Assembly (NCBI GenBank): GCA_965205855.1
Contig: OZ242184.1
Location: forward strand, 1,248,001-1,312,000
Reading direction: 5' to 3'
Length of the DNA stretch: 64,000 bases
Source of the DNA: Thermodesulfobacteriota bacterium
Lineage (GTDB): Bacteria; Desulfobacterota_D; UBA1144; Nemesobacterales; Mycalebacteriaceae
The notes beneath the pieces are model-generated. The model had not been told where the DNA came from and did not search any database. It saw nothing but the letters and a program-made list of their open reading frames with translations. This document shows, one piece after another, positions 1 to 9,825 of this stretch. The translations under genes and the position numbers were made by a program. Position 1 is the first letter of the stretch; the number at the start of each line of letters is the position of its first letter.

Positions 1-1055
1 GCCTCGCTTATTACAAATTCCGCCGTGTAGGAAACAAGTCTGAGAGCGTCGTGCGGGTTGTCGTGGCTTCCAAGCCCGTCAATCGCCGCCTTGAACGCCG
101 CCTCGCATTCGCCGCCGGTCATTGATTCACCCGTTGCGCCCCGCGCGGGATAAAAAAGCATCGCGGAAATCCTGCGAAGCGCCGCCGCCTGCGGGTCGCT
201 TTCTCCCTTTCCCGTCCAGTCAACAAGACGCGCTAAGGGCGCGTCCGGCTTCACATTAGGTGGCGGGGACGGGGTCAGGTCTCGCAACCTTTCGCGCGCT
301 CCGGTTATATGCGGGTTTTTCGCCGCGTATTTCACAAGTGTCGGAACGCTGAAACGCACCTCTTTTTTTATCTCCTCCGCCCGCAGGCGCGCCTCGGCGT
401 ATTCGGAAGACAGCAGCCGTGAAAGGCAGTCTTCAACCGCGCGTGCGTTCGCGGTCATTCCAAGGTTGGTCATTGCGGCAAGGTTAAGCGCGTATCTCGC
501 GTCCTCAAAGGCGAGTTTTTCAAGTGCGGACTCAGCGCCGCGCGGGTTTTCGCTTTTAAGAAAATCAAACAGGACAAGGTTGAGTTTTTCGTATACCTCA
601 TACTGCCTCGCGCAGGCGGAGAGAAATTCGCGTGAAAGCGCCTTGTTTCCGGTGATTTCCGGCGGGACGACAAAATCGTCCTTCCGGGGTTTCTGGTATC
701 TCTGCGAGTATTCGGTGAAGGAAAGATGCTCCCCGCCCGTTTCAAGAAGAGACGAAAAAAGGCGCGATACCCTTTCAACGCCGATATGAATGGAGGCGTG
801 TTCCGCGACTGACGCATGTCCGTAGTTCAAAACCCATTTTTCGTGAAATTTTGCCGCCCGTTCCCGTCCGAGCTCCTGCTCCGCGAGAACCTTTCCTATG
901 TTCTCCCTGAAACTTTTGGGGCTTCTGCTGACATACGCGAAAATTACCGCCACAACCTCTTCGGGCAGTCCCGAAACGGTGTATATGTCTCCGCGCGGGT
1001 TTGATATGTATTTCGCGATTTCGCCGCCGGAGGATTTGTTTTCATCTTTGGGCAT
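1..1055 (-). CDS. thyX: FAD-dependent thymidylate synthase, long/tandem-domain type (3' end outside window)
   Basis: Not in the ORF track because it runs off the window. Manual translation from ATG 1055: MPKDENKSSGGEIAKYISNPRGDIYTVSGLPEEVVAVIFAYVSRS...WVLNYGHASVAEHA...SFTEYSQRY...AFEDARYALNLAAMTNLGMTANARA, matching ThyX motifs. Confidence 0.88.
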   Translation of the reverse strand, partial: MPKDENKSSGGEIAKYISNPRGDIYTVSGLPEEVVAVIFAYVSRSPKSFRENIGKVLAEQELGRERAAKFHEKWVLNYGHASVAEHASIHIGVERVSRLFSSLLETGGEHLSFTEYSQRYQKPRKDDFVVPPEITGNKALSREFLSACARQYEVYEKLNLVLFDFLKSENPRGAESALEKLAFEDARYALNLAAMTNLGMTANARAVEDCLSRLLSSEYAEARLRAEEIKKEVRFSVPTLVKYAAKNPHITGARERLRDLTPSPPPNVKPDAPLARLVDWTGKGESDPQAAALRRISAMLFYPARGATGESMTGGECEAAFKAAIDGLGSHDNPHDALRLVSYTAEFVISE

Positions 1056-1069
1056 GGAGACTGGAAATC

Positions 1070-1834
1070 CTACACAATTTTGCGTTTTTTTATATCCTCA
1101 ATCAAAAGCCCCGTAACAATCCCCGGACTGCCGGAAAGAACCGCTTCAACATAACCGTCCGAGGGGCTTTCCGAGGCGCTTATTATCGCGGTTTTCGCCC
1201 CCTGCTGCCGCGCCTGAACCGGAAAGGACGCGATTGGCTCAATATCAAGTGAAGCGCCTGCGCAGACAAGAAGGTCGCATCCGTTAATTTTCATCCAGCC
1301 CTCCCGTATCTCCCAGTGCGGAAGCGGCTGTCCCGGAAAAGACAGCGGCGGTTTTATCAACCCCGTCCGGCAAACCGCGCATGAGGGGATTTCCTTTCCG
1401 CTTCGGGACATTTCGGTAAGAACATCCATCATTCTGTAACTCTTTCCGCAACCGAGGCACTGCGCCCAGTGAATTGAGGCGTAAAGCTCAAGAACATTGT
1501 CGCTGCCCGCCTTGACGTGCATTCCGTCAACCGCCTGAGTGATTATAAAATCAACCCCGCACAGAAGGGACAACTCGTGGATATTTTTGTGCGAGTCTCC
1601 CGGCTCCGCGGCGGCGATTTTCGGATATATTTCGTTTATCTTTCGCCAGTATTGCCGCCTGACCTCTTCATTTTCCCTGAAATCATCTATGTGCGGGTTA
1701 AAATCCAACTCGCCCGCATCGGGAATGCCGCACTCAAGGGTGAGCTCAGACCCCGTGAGAAAAACCGTCCGCTGCGACTCTTCAATCCATCCGGCAAGCG
1801 CGGCAAGCGCGTCTGTTTCTGTGTCCGGGTTCAT
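1070..1834 (-). CDS. Sir2/CobB sirtuin-fold protein with degenerate catalytic and NAD-binding motifs
   Basis: Sirtuin motif order (GIPD, ITQxVDGMH, CxxC...CxxC Zn site, DLLVCAGASL) is kept but key residues are substituted. Start taken at ATG 1834; the track starts at 1870. Confidence 0.75.
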   Translation of the reverse strand: MNPDTETDALAALAGWIEESQRTVFLTGSELTLECGIPDAGELDFNPHIDDFRENEEVRRQYWRKINEIYPKIAAAEPGDSHKNIHELSLLCGVDFIITQAVDGMHVKAGSDNVLELYASIHWAQCLGCGKSYRMMDVLTEMSRSGKEIPSCAVCRTGLIKPPLSFPGQPLPHWEIREGWMKINGCDLLVCAGASLDIEPIASFPVQARQQGAKTAIISASESPSDGYVEAVLSGSPGIVTGLLIEDIKKRKIV

Positions 1835-1898
1835 GGCAGAGATTGTAAGTCCGCCGGGGTTGAGTGTCAAACCACCGACTTGCGGTTAGAATGGAGTT

Positions 1899-2249
1899 GT
1901 GAAAGCGGTCCCGAAGGAGATAAAAAAGTTCGGAGATTCCGCGCTTCTTGTGGAATGGAGCGACGGACACGACAGCATATATTCATTTGAAGACTTGCGG
2001 CTTGCTTGCCCGTGCGCGACCTGCCGGCGGCTCAGAAGCAAAAGCAGAACGGGAAAGCTGCCGGTCAAAACCGGAGCGGCGGGAGTCGCTATACAGCCCG
2101 AAACAATGGACAAGGTTGGTCTCTACGCGCTGCAGTTCAAATGGAATGACGGACACGACACGGGAATTTACACTTTTGAATTCCTTCGCAAACAATGCCC
2201 GTGCGAGCAATGCGCGGCGGCGGCAGACGCGGTCAGTCAATCTCCGTAA
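1899..2249 (+). CDS. DUF971 / gamma-butyrobetaine hydroxylase N-terminal-like metal-binding protein
   Basis: WSDGH...LRLACPCATC and VGLYALQFKWNDGHDTGIYTFEFLR motifs. Confidence 0.85.
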   Translation: MKAVPKEIKKFGDSALLVEWSDGHDSIYSFEDLRLACPCATCRRLRSKSRTGKLPVKTGAAGVAIQPETMDKVGLYALQFKWNDGHDTGIYTFEFLRKQCPCEQCAAAADAVSQSP

Positions 2250-3396
2250 TACCGGCGCGTGCTCCACCCTTGAGAAACTTTATTGTAACCTCATCTCCTT
2301 TTTTGAGACGGCGGGAATCGGCAACCGTTTTGCCCAAACCGTCACGGACGATTGAATAACCGCGTCCGAGAACTGCGAGCGGGCTCAGAGAATCCAGCAA
2401 TGCGGCGGCGGCGGAAATCTCAAGCCCCGCAGACTCCGCCCTGCTTTTCATATTGCGCAAAAGCGCGTCCGAAAGCGCGTCCGTCTCCATCGCAAGAAAC
2501 GACAACGCGGACTCAAGCCCCGCGCAAAGACGCGCGTGCGCATCGTCAAGCGCGGAGACAATCTCGCTTTTTACGGGAACCGCCATTTCAGCCGCCGCAC
2601 TCGGAGTCGCCGCCCGTGCGTCCGCGGCGAGGTCGGAGGCAGTTGTGTCCGTCTCATGCCCCACGGCGGAGATGACCGGAACATCGCATGAGGCGACCGC
2701 CCGCGCGACAACTTCGGTGTTGAACGCCGCAAGGTCTTCGTTTGAGCCGCCGCCTCTTGCGACTATGACAACATCGGTGTTTTCACCGCGCAGACGTTCA
2801 AGGGCGCGTGCAATCTCCGCGGGAGCAGCGTCTCCCTGAACGGGCGAGGGCGATACCGTTATTTCGGCGTTCGGAAACCTGCGCCCTATTACGGTCTTTA
2901 TATCCGCGAGCGCCGCGCCGCCGGGAGAGGTTACAACCCCTATCCTGCGCGCGGGAAACGGCAGCGGCCTCTTTCTTTCGGGAGAAAAAAGCCCCTCGGC
3001 TTCAAGTTTCTCAAGCAACCGCCGCAGCGCGAGCGCCTCCGCGCCCACCCCTTTCGGCTCAATACTGCGCACATTGAGGTTGACTGTGCCGCGTCTTTCG
3101 TAGAAATCTGTTTCGCACCGACACAGTGCCTTCATTCCGTTTTCGGGAACAAAGCCGATTTGAGCCGTAGCGGACTTCCAGCACACGGCGCGTATCTCGC
3201 TTCTCTCGTCCCTGAGAGAAAAATACCAGTGCCCGCTCGCTCCGTGCGCGGTAAAATCCGTTATTTCGCCCTCAACCCAGATGAAGCCGCCCGTGCCATT
3301 TCTCACGGCGGCGGCGATTGCAACGTTGATTTCGCTCACGCCGTATATCTTTTCGCCGATAATGTCCCGAAAGGACGGCAGAGAGTCCCGTGTCAA
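2233..3396 (-). CDS. xseA: exodeoxyribonuclease VII large subunit
   Basis: WVEGEI, SGHWYFSLRD, IGVVTSPGGAALADI, ARGGGSNEDL, SAVGHETD, ATPSAAAE, LSPLAVLGRGYSI. Confidence 0.95.
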   Translation of the reverse strand: MTRDSLPSFRDIIGEKIYGVSEINVAIAAAVRNGTGGFIWVEGEITDFTAHGASGHWYFSLRDERSEIRAVCWKSATAQIGFVPENGMKALCRCETDFYERRGTVNLNVRSIEPKGVGAEALALRRLLEKLEAEGLFSPERKRPLPFPARRIGVVTSPGGAALADIKTVIGRRFPNAEITVSPSPVQGDAAPAEIARALERLRGENTDVVIVARGGGSNEDLAAFNTEVVARAVASCDVPVISAVGHETDTTASDLAADARAATPSAAAEMAVPVKSEIVSALDDAHARLCAGLESALSFLAMETDALSDALLRNMKSRAESAGLEISAAAALLDSLSPLAVLGRGYSIVRDGLGKTVADSRRLKKGDEVTIKFLKGGARAGITEID

Positions 3397-3779
3397 TATT
3401 GGTTGCCCTGTTGCCGCGCAAAACGCATATTCGCCCCTTCTGTGTCCGCGTCCTTGATGTTCGCGCCTATCAGATGCCCACCCTCAAGATTCGCGCCTCT
3501 CATGTTCGCGCCGGAAAGCTCCGCGCCCTCAAGATTCGCGCCGTAGAGATTTGTGCCTTCAAAATCCGAGCCGCTGAAAACGCACCCCTTACAGAAGGCG
3601 AGTTTCATATTCGCGCCGGAAAAATTCGCGCCGGAAAAGTCAAGCCCCGATATATCCGCCCATGAAAGGTCGGGAACCGTATCGGGATTTTCCGTCCGCC
3701 AGCGGTTCCAACGCGCCGCGCCTTTTTTCAAAATCTCCATGTGCTCGGAATTTGCCATGTCAAAGCTCGACATCCTCAA
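3393..3779 (-). CDS. pentapeptide repeat protein
   Basis: N-terminal WNRWR...PDLS followed by A(N/D)(L/F/M)xG pentapeptide repeats. Start uncertain. Confidence 0.9.
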   Translation of the reverse strand: MRMSSFDMANSEHMEILKKGAARWNRWRTENPDTVPDLSWADISGLDFSGANFSGANMKLAFCKGCVFSGSDFEGTNLYGANLEGAELSGANMRGANLEGGHLIGANIKDADTEGANMRFARQQGNQY

Positions 3780-3812
3780 AGATTTGACGAAACGGACAGG
3801 TACCTGCCTTCT

Positions 3813-4418
3813 TCATTTCTCCCGCGCGGAAACCTTCTCCATAACATCGCCCTGCCGTATCATATTGACCGTTTCCATGCCCTCAACAACCTTGCCGAAT
3901 ACCGTATGACGCCCGTTCAAGTGCGGCTGCGGGGAATGGGTTATAAAAAACTGGCTTCCGTTTGTGTCGGGACCGGAGTTCGCCATTGATATCATTCCCG
4001 CGGCGTGGACAAGCGGATTGCCCGCCGTTTCGTCCTCAAACCTGTATCCGGGTCCTCCCGAACCCGTTCCGGACGGGTCACCGCCCTGAATCACAAAATC
4101 CGGTATTACGCGGTGGAACGTAACGCCGTCATAAAAGCCCTCGTTTGAAAGAAACACGAAGTTATTAACCGTTTTCGGCGCATACTCCGGATACAGCTCA
4201 AGAGTCAAATCCCCCTTGTTTGTTTTTATCTCCACAACATAGACACCGGAAGCCTCTACCTTCATCTCCGGCGGGCTGTCCCACTGTTTTGTTTTGTTGC
4301 TCATAGTCTTTTCTCCTCCCGTCTCAGATTTTGATTCCTCTATTCCGTGTGAATTCGCGTCCGCGCCGCCAAAAAGCGTCAGTCCCAGCGCGAGGGCGCA
4401 CAAGGCAAGCATCTTCAT
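3813..4418 (-). CDS. cyclophilin-type peptidyl-prolyl cis-trans isomerase with signal peptide
   Basis: [56 protein letters not shown]. Confidence 0.95.
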   Translation of the reverse strand: MKMLALCALALGLTLFGGADANSHGIEESKSETGGEKTMSNKTKQWDSPPEMKVEASGVYVVEIKTNKGDLTLELYPEYAPKTVNNFVFLSNEGFYDGVTFHRVIPDFVIQGGDPSGTGSGGPGYRFEDETAGNPLVHAAGMISMANSGPDTNGSQFFITHSPQPHLNGRHTVFGKVVEGMETVNMIRQGDVMEKVSAREK

Positions 4419-5380
4419 GATTGCGGAAAAACCTCAGTCAATTCAATCCCCGCGCGCGCGTAAAACTCCGCCGCTCCGCCGTTTGGAAGCCGGTCTGTGA
4501 GTATGCGGATGACGCGCCCTCCGAGTTCGGATTTGGCATTTGCGCCCGAAAGGGACGAGGCGGCTTCCTCAAGACGCCGCGAATCAAGGAGAACTACTGT
4601 CGGCATAATCTCAAGAATATCATCAAGAAAATCCTTTCCGCTATCCGCAGCAGCAGCGCGGGCGGGAACACAAAGGGCAAGAAACTTTGCCGCGCGCGAA
4701 AAGATGTCCGCTCCGGGCAGAAAATGGAAGGTTTGAGACTCTTCGTTGAGACATGCCGCGTTTGAGCGCACCGCCTCCGAGACCGCCTCCATAAAGCCGC
4801 TTTGAGACAGAGACTTTGTCGCGCCGTCTGAGGACGGAAACTCAACTGCCACAGCTTGCGGATCAGTCGAACCGAATATCTCATCAAGGAAGTCTGTCAA
4901 TTTTTTGCTTTTCATAAAACCGAATTTGAGCACGGCGCGGAAATCCGTCAGCAGTCCGCGGCCGTTTGCGCAATCGCGAAAAACCGGCTCGCCGCAGCTC
5001 TGAGAGAAAAGAACGGTTTTTTCCGCTCCGTGCTCCGACAGTTTTCGCGCGCTTTCACGGCTCAGTGCGAAAGCCACCTTCGGAGGGCGGCCTTCGGAGG
5101 GCGGGCATGAAGAGGCGACTCCGCCGAGCATAAGAACGGCGGTTTCGGCGACAAGTCCCTCATGCGTTCCTCCGGATTCAAAAAACGCGCGGTCTCCCGC
5201 GCGGAAGCCGCCGTCTGTGAGAAAAGCGGCAATGCTTTTGACCTCGCTCTGAAAATCCTTCCAGGTTATCTGCTTCCAGCTCCAGCCGTCCTTTTTCTGA
5301 AGCAACAGACGGTCTCCGTATCTGGAAACACTGTCTTTCATCAGACCCGCGACCGTGTTGGAAAATACCGAGTAAAGCAT
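4415..5380 (-). CDS. truncated/degenerate AMP-binding (long-chain acyl-CoA synthetase-like) protein
   Basis: N-terminus resembles FadD (WKQITWKDF...IAAFL...GFRAGDR) but there is no intact TSGTTGxPKG loop and it is only 321 aa. Confidence 0.6.
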   Translation of the reverse strand: MLYSVFSNTVAGLMKDSVSRYGDRLLLQKKDGWSWKQITWKDFQSEVKSIAAFLTDGGFRAGDRAFFESGGTHEGLVAETAVLMLGGVASSCPPSEGRPPKVAFALSRESARKLSEHGAEKTVLFSQSCGEPVFRDCANGRGLLTDFRAVLKFGFMKSKKLTDFLDEIFGSTDPQAVAVEFPSSDGATKSLSQSGFMEAVSEAVRSNAACLNEESQTFHFLPGADIFSRAAKFLALCVPARAAAADSGKDFLDDILEIMPTVVLLDSRRLEEAASSLSGANAKSELGGRVIRILTDRLPNGGAAEFYARAGIELTEVFPQS

Positions 5381-5422
5381 TGAGACTCCGGCAAAGCGGA
5401 AACACTGTCACCGCTTTGGCGG

Positions 5423-5428
5423 TATAAT
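5423..5428 (+). promoter_or_regulatory. putative sigma70 -10 box for cca
   Basis: Perfect TATAAT about 45 nt upstream of the cca ATG; no clear -35. Confidence 0.4.
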
Positions 5429-5473
5429 ACACAAATTCTCTTTAAAAATAAAAACTAAAGGGCAAAACCTGAA

Positions 5474-6823
5474 ATGACAATCCAAAAAAGACATCTTTCA
5501 AAACCGCTTTTTCTCAAGGCGCAATCGGTAGCGCGCGTGCTGAAAGACGCGGGACACTCCGCTTTTCTGGTCGGCGGATGCGTAAGAAACATGCTCTGCG
5601 GACGCGAAGCGGGAGATTTTGACCTGACCACAAGCGCGACCCCGCAAGAGGTGAAAAAAATCTTCCCGCGCACGGTCGCCGTGGGGGAAAATTTCGGCGT
5701 GATGATTGTTCTCGAAGGTGACGACAGTTTTGAGGTCGCCACATTCAGGAAGGATTTTGACTACCCCGACGGCAGACATCCGCAAAGGGTGGAATACGGA
5801 ACGGACGAAAAGGAGGATGTAAAAAGAAGGGATTTTACGATAAACGGGCTGCTGCTTGACCCCGAAAGCAAAAAGGTTTTTGACTATGTGGACGGCATTG
5901 CGGACATAAAAAAGAAGGTTGTGAGAACCATCGGAGACAGCGGGCTCCGTTTTGCGGAAGACAAACTCAGAATGCTGCGCGCGGCGCGGTTTGCGGCGGA
6001 CATGGGATTTGAGATTGAGAAACAGACGTTTGAAACAATCAAGAACCGGGCGGACTCAATAACCGAAGTGAGCGCGGAGAGAATACGCGAGGAGATTGTG
6101 AAAATTCTCACGCGCTCAAACCCGGGACGCGGGCTTGAGCTTCTCGCGCAAACCGGTCTTCTCGCGCGCATACTGCCCGAAGTGCAGAAAATGGCGGGAG
6201 TGGAACAACCGCCGGAGTTTCATCCCGAAGGGGACGTGTTTGTCCACACCTGCCTTGTTCTGGACAAACTTGAGGAAAACACACCGGACAGGTCGGGCGA
6301 ACTCGCGGTTGCGGCATTGCTTCACGATGTCGGCAAGCCGCCGACTTTTGAGAGAAGCGACAGAATCCGTTTCAACGGACACGACAGAGTCGGCGCGGCG
6401 ATGGCAAAAACCATCTGCCATAATTTGCGATTTTCCAACAAGTCGGCTGAAAGGATAAGCGAGCTTGTGCTCCACCATTTGAAATTCAAGGATGTGTTCA
6501 ATATGCGGGAAAGTACCTTGAAGCGATTTCTCGGTATGCCGTATTTTGACGAGCATCTCGCCCTTCACTTTGCGGACTGTCAGGCAAGCCACGGGTTGAC
6601 TGACGCGTATGAGTTCGCAAAGGCGAAATTTGAGGAATTCGGAAAAGAGGAAATCAAACCCGCGCTGCTTGTTAACGGAAAAGACCTAATCAAAATGGGA
6701 TTTAAGCCGGGGCCGCTTTTTACGGAAATACTGTCCGAAGTGGAAGAGGAGCAGTTGGAAAACCGGTTGAAAAGCAAAGAGGATGCGGTTGAGTTTGTGA
6801 AAGGAAAATGGAACGGCGGTTAG
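5474..6823 (+). CDS. cca: CCA tRNA nucleotidyltransferase with HD domain
   Basis: LVGGCVRNML..DFDLTT, RRDFTING, EDKLRMLRAARF, VSAERIREE, HPEGDVFVH, LLHDVGKP. Confidence 0.92.
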   Translation: MTIQKRHLSKPLFLKAQSVARVLKDAGHSAFLVGGCVRNMLCGREAGDFDLTTSATPQEVKKIFPRTVAVGENFGVMIVLEGDDSFEVATFRKDFDYPDGRHPQRVEYGTDEKEDVKRRDFTINGLLLDPESKKVFDYVDGIADIKKKVVRTIGDSGLRFAEDKLRMLRAARFAADMGFEIEKQTFETIKNRADSITEVSAERIREEIVKILTRSNPGRGLELLAQTGLLARILPEVQKMAGVEQPPEFHPEGDVFVHTCLVLDKLEENTPDRSGELAVAALLHDVGKPPTFERSDRIRFNGHDRVGAAMAKTICHNLRFSNKSAERISELVLHHLKFKDVFNMRESTLKRFLGMPYFDEHLALHFADCQASHGLTDAYEFAKAKFEEFGKEEIKPALLVNGKDLIKMGFKPGPLFTEILSEVEEEQLENRLKSKEDAVEFVKGKWNGG

Positions 6824-7524
6824 GACTGGTTTTCAAAAACAACCTTTCTGAAAGTGAGCGAAACCCTGTGGCTTCTTTTATAGACTTCGTCTTTCCATTT
6901 GTCCGACTTTCTCGCGGGAATGCTGTGAAACCACCACCATCTTGAGTCGCCTTTCATTGAAACTACGCTACACGGCTCAAGCCAGACCGGAATGGGCTTA
7001 AACTCTTTTGCCGGTTTTTTTACATCAAGGCGGTCTCCGGTTTTTTCGGCTTTTATGAACTCCATAACACAACCCGAACCCAGACTCATTGTGATAATTG
7101 TGTCGCCGAAACACGGCTCACAGTCAACATGGCGGGCAATGCCCTGCCCCGGTTCGTATTCGTTGACAATCACCTGATCGGGAATATCCGCAATCAAACC
7201 GTCTTTGTGGAGTTTTTTGGCAATTTTCGCAAGCGGAGCGGGCAAATCCCCAAGTTGCATATCGGAACGAACCTTTCTCGCTTTGTAGTCGTATCTCCAG
7301 CCGTAATGCTGAACACGGCGTTCGAGGTCGGTTATCCACGATTGGCTGTCTATCCAGTTTAGAAAGTCCGCTTCTTCGGCTTTTGTGATGTAATCAAGTT
7401 TGTATTCAAGACCGGGGATTTTGTTTGTAATTTGCCGGATTTCGTCGGCGGTAACGGCGGGTTGCAAACTCTCGTAATCAAGAGCGGTTTCGGAGAGGGA
7501 AAGTTGTGCTTGTTCCGTGTTCAT
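6820..7524 (-). CDS. AlkB-family 2OG-Fe(II) dioxygenase
   Basis: RRVQHYGWRYDY, VNEYEPGQGIARHVD (HxD), H...RVSLTFR. Confidence 0.9.
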   Translation of the reverse strand: MNTEQAQLSLSETALDYESLQPAVTADEIRQITNKIPGLEYKLDYITKAEEADFLNWIDSQSWITDLERRVQHYGWRYDYKARKVRSDMQLGDLPAPLAKIAKKLHKDGLIADIPDQVIVNEYEPGQGIARHVDCEPCFGDTIITMSLGSGCVMEFIKAEKTGDRLDVKKPAKEFKPIPVWLEPCSVVSMKGDSRWWWFHSIPARKSDKWKDEVYKRSHRVSLTFRKVVFENQS

Positions 7525-7537
7525 CTATACCTGTCTC

Positions 7538-8300
7538 TTAAAGCATTATCACATCTGTAATTATATCACAATAGACTGGGTTTTCTCTTCCGTAACCAAC
7601 ACACTTGGGCATATCAGGAATGGAGTTAAACCCTTCCATAAGTTCTTTCAGTTTTTCCCAGTTGGAGTGAAAATAGTTATCATCGGGGTTTTGATAAACG
7701 GCGTAAATATCTGAGCATGGGAATGCTGAAACAGTCTGTTTCACAGCTTCATAAATCTGGGAAATATCACCTTTGAAAGTTGTGGGCGAAAGAAGAAAGC
7801 AAAAATTCAATATGACAACCGTACTGTTCAGAAAATCGGGAGTTTCTTTAATAACAGCTGGTAATTCCTCAAATTTCTCGCAAAAACGTCTGCTCCTGTC
7901 TGGTATTCCACACAAGCCAATAGATTCGTCCGCTTTTTTGAGCATTTCAGGCGCTATGTCTATTCCGATATAGTGAAAATCACCTTGCTCAAGGTCACTA
8001 AAAGCAACCCCCGATGTTCCGGGGCCGCAACCGAAATCTATCAGAATGGCTCCGGCAAAGCTTTCGTGCTTCTCAAATAAAACTTGAAAAACTTCGCGAG
8101 AGCTTGAGTAATGCATCTCAAAATAACATCCAAGGTAAGTCAGAACTCTTTGTTGACCCTGTCCGGTTCGCGGAAATCCGCCGAGCCATGCTTCAAAGTA
8201 TCTCGATAGAAAATGTTTATACCATTTTCCTTTGGCAGAACATTATTTCAATCTTGCCACAATTGTTTACTTACAATTTCGTAGTTTTTTACTTGAGCCC
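7538..8300 (-). pseudogene. class I SAM-dependent methyltransferase, 5' end apparently disrupted
   Basis: 7538-8116 has LIDFGCGPGT and YIGIDIAPEM. Upstream coding-like sequence lies in another frame with an in-frame TGA at 8248-8250. 5' boundary approximate. Confidence 0.5.
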
Positions 8301-8329
8301 TCCCGTAGATTTGAAAAGACAAACCCATC

Positions 8330-8359
8330 GGAACCGGACGCCAAGTCCGGCTCCTTTTT
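8330..8359. terminator. hairpin downstream of atpE (possible bidirectional terminator)
   Basis: GGAACCGGAC-GCCAA-GTCCGGCTCC followed by TTTTT on +; fully paired (one G-U) on the minus-strand atp transcript. Confidence 0.55.
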
Positions 8360-8391
8360 CGGATCGATTTGAGATTTATGCCACTACCGGA

Positions 8392-8715
8392 TCAGATTTT
8401 GCCCTGAAGCAGAAACGCTATCAGAAGCGCGTAAATGACGAGCGACTCAATCAGAGCAAGACCGATAATCATCGGGGTCTGTATCTTTGACGCCGCTCCG
8501 GGGTTTCTTGCGATTCCCTCAAGAGCCGCCGCAGTTGCGTGACCCTGACCGAGGCCGGCAATCGCCGCAGCGATGCCGATTCCAAGACCCGCCCCGAGTC
8601 CTATGCCAAGTTTGGCAAGGTCTCCGGTTTCACCCGAAGCCGCGAGAGCGTCCGGAGCGAAAGAGAAAACCCCGGCGATAAGAACCGCCGCTAACGTAAA
8701 AATAAACTTTTTCAT
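8392..8715 (-). CDS. atpE: F0F1 ATP synthase subunit c
   Basis: [30 protein letters not shown]; AAGGAGG RBS before ATG 8715. Confidence 0.96.
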   Translation of the reverse strand: MKKFIFTLAAVLIAGVFSFAPDALAASGETGDLAKLGIGLGAGLGIGIAAAIAGLGQGHATAAALEGIARNPGAASKIQTPMIIGLALIESLVIYALLIAFLLQGKI

Positions 8716-8767
8716 CTTACTTCCTCCTTTTGTAAGGTTTTTTGTTTTGTAAATCTCCAAAATCAAA

Positions 8768-9454
8768 TCAGTGATGCGACTCCGCAAGGGATATATAAAT
8801 TGCGGAAAGCACGGTAAATATAAACGCCTGAAGAAAACTGACAAATATGCCCAGCGCGATAAAAACTGCGGGGATTATAAAATGAGTGAGGTTTGTGAAA
8901 ACGCCCAGGACCATGTGGTCTCCCGTGATGTTCATAAAGAGACGCAGAGAAAGCGAAACCGGACGCACTATGTGGCTCACTATTTCAATAAGCAACATAA
9001 GGGGGGCAAGAAAAACGACGGGCCCCAGAAACTGCCTCACATAGCCACCTCCGTGAGCACGGAATCCGTAGTAGTTATACATTATGAAAATCAAAATTCC
9101 GAAAGCGAGAGTGGTATTCAAAACCCCTGTCGGCGGCAGAAAACCAGGAACTATTCCAAGCAAGTTGCAGAAAAGTATGAAGAAGAACGAACCGGCAAGC
9201 AAAGGGAAGTAATGTTTGGCTTTTTCGCGCGAGCCGAGAATGTTTGTGAGCATAGTAAGCAGAAAATCTATGCCTATAAGCTCCACAAAGTTTCTGAAAG
9301 AAGCGCGCTCCGAAGGCAAATCGGATGTGTCCGTGGCAAGACTCCGTTTGAAGAAAATCCCCGCGACAACAAGAAAGACGACAACCACACAAAGCCCTAT
9401 TATGTGGTCAATATCACCAAAGCCCAATAATGTGAACCAACTAAAATGTCCCAC
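8768..9454 (-). CDS. atpB: F0F1 ATP synthase subunit a
   Basis: [47 protein letters not shown]. Confidence 0.96.
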   Translation of the reverse strand: MGHFSWFTLLGFGDIDHIIGLCVVVVFLVVAGIFFKRSLATDTSDLPSERASFRNFVELIGIDFLLTMLTNILGSREKAKHYFPLLAGSFFFILFCNLLGIVPGFLPPTGVLNTTLAFGILIFIMYNYYGFRAHGGGYVRQFLGPVVFLAPLMLLIEIVSHIVRPVSLSLRLFMNITGDHMVLGVFTNLTHFIIPAVFIALGIFVSFLQAFIFTVLSAIYISLAESHH

Positions 9455-9812
9455 TTTGCGAAATAAGACCAGCCGTTATGATTCCCACGACGCCGGCGGT
9501 CAGCCCGGTAATAAAACCTAAAATATCCAATCTTGCAAACACAATCAAAAAAACCGCAATTGCCGCAAGCACGGCTATCTTCATAAAAAACAGAACCGCT
9601 ACCCTTGCCCCCGAAATTTTGCCGCTCCCTTCCGGTTTTGTGAACACTGACACTATAAGCCGCAAAACGGCGACATCGGCCGCAAATAGTAAACCCGCGC
9701 ACGCGGCGGCAAACCCGAAACCGGCGCCGAAAGCAAACCAGCCAAAACCTGCGGCAACACATGAAAACACAAAAGCCAAAACCTCCGGCGCGCGTATGCT
9801 CAATCCCTTCAT
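9441..9812 (-). CDS. atpI: ATP synthase accessory protein I (4 TM)
   Basis: Hydrophobic 123 aa directly upstream of atpB. Confidence 0.7.
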   Translation of the reverse strand: MKGLSIRAPEVLAFVFSCVAAGFGWFAFGAGFGFAAACAGLLFAADVAVLRLIVSVFTKPEGSGKISGARVAVLFFMKIAVLAAIAVFLIVFARLDILGFITGLTAGVVGIITAGLISQSGTF

Positions 9813-9825
9813 TATATCTCTTCCC

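Noticed and set aside
466-1252. Track ORFs 470-817(-), 466-789(+), 816-1004, 898-1116, 1001-1252
   Set aside because: Off-frame or antisense shadows of thyX and the sirtuin gene; the motif-bearing thyX frame starts at 1055 and leaves the window.
3420-3660. Recurrent TTCGCGCC units at multiples of 15 nt
   Set aside because: These are codons of the pentapeptide repeat protein; there are no unique spacers or cas genes, so it is not a CRISPR array.
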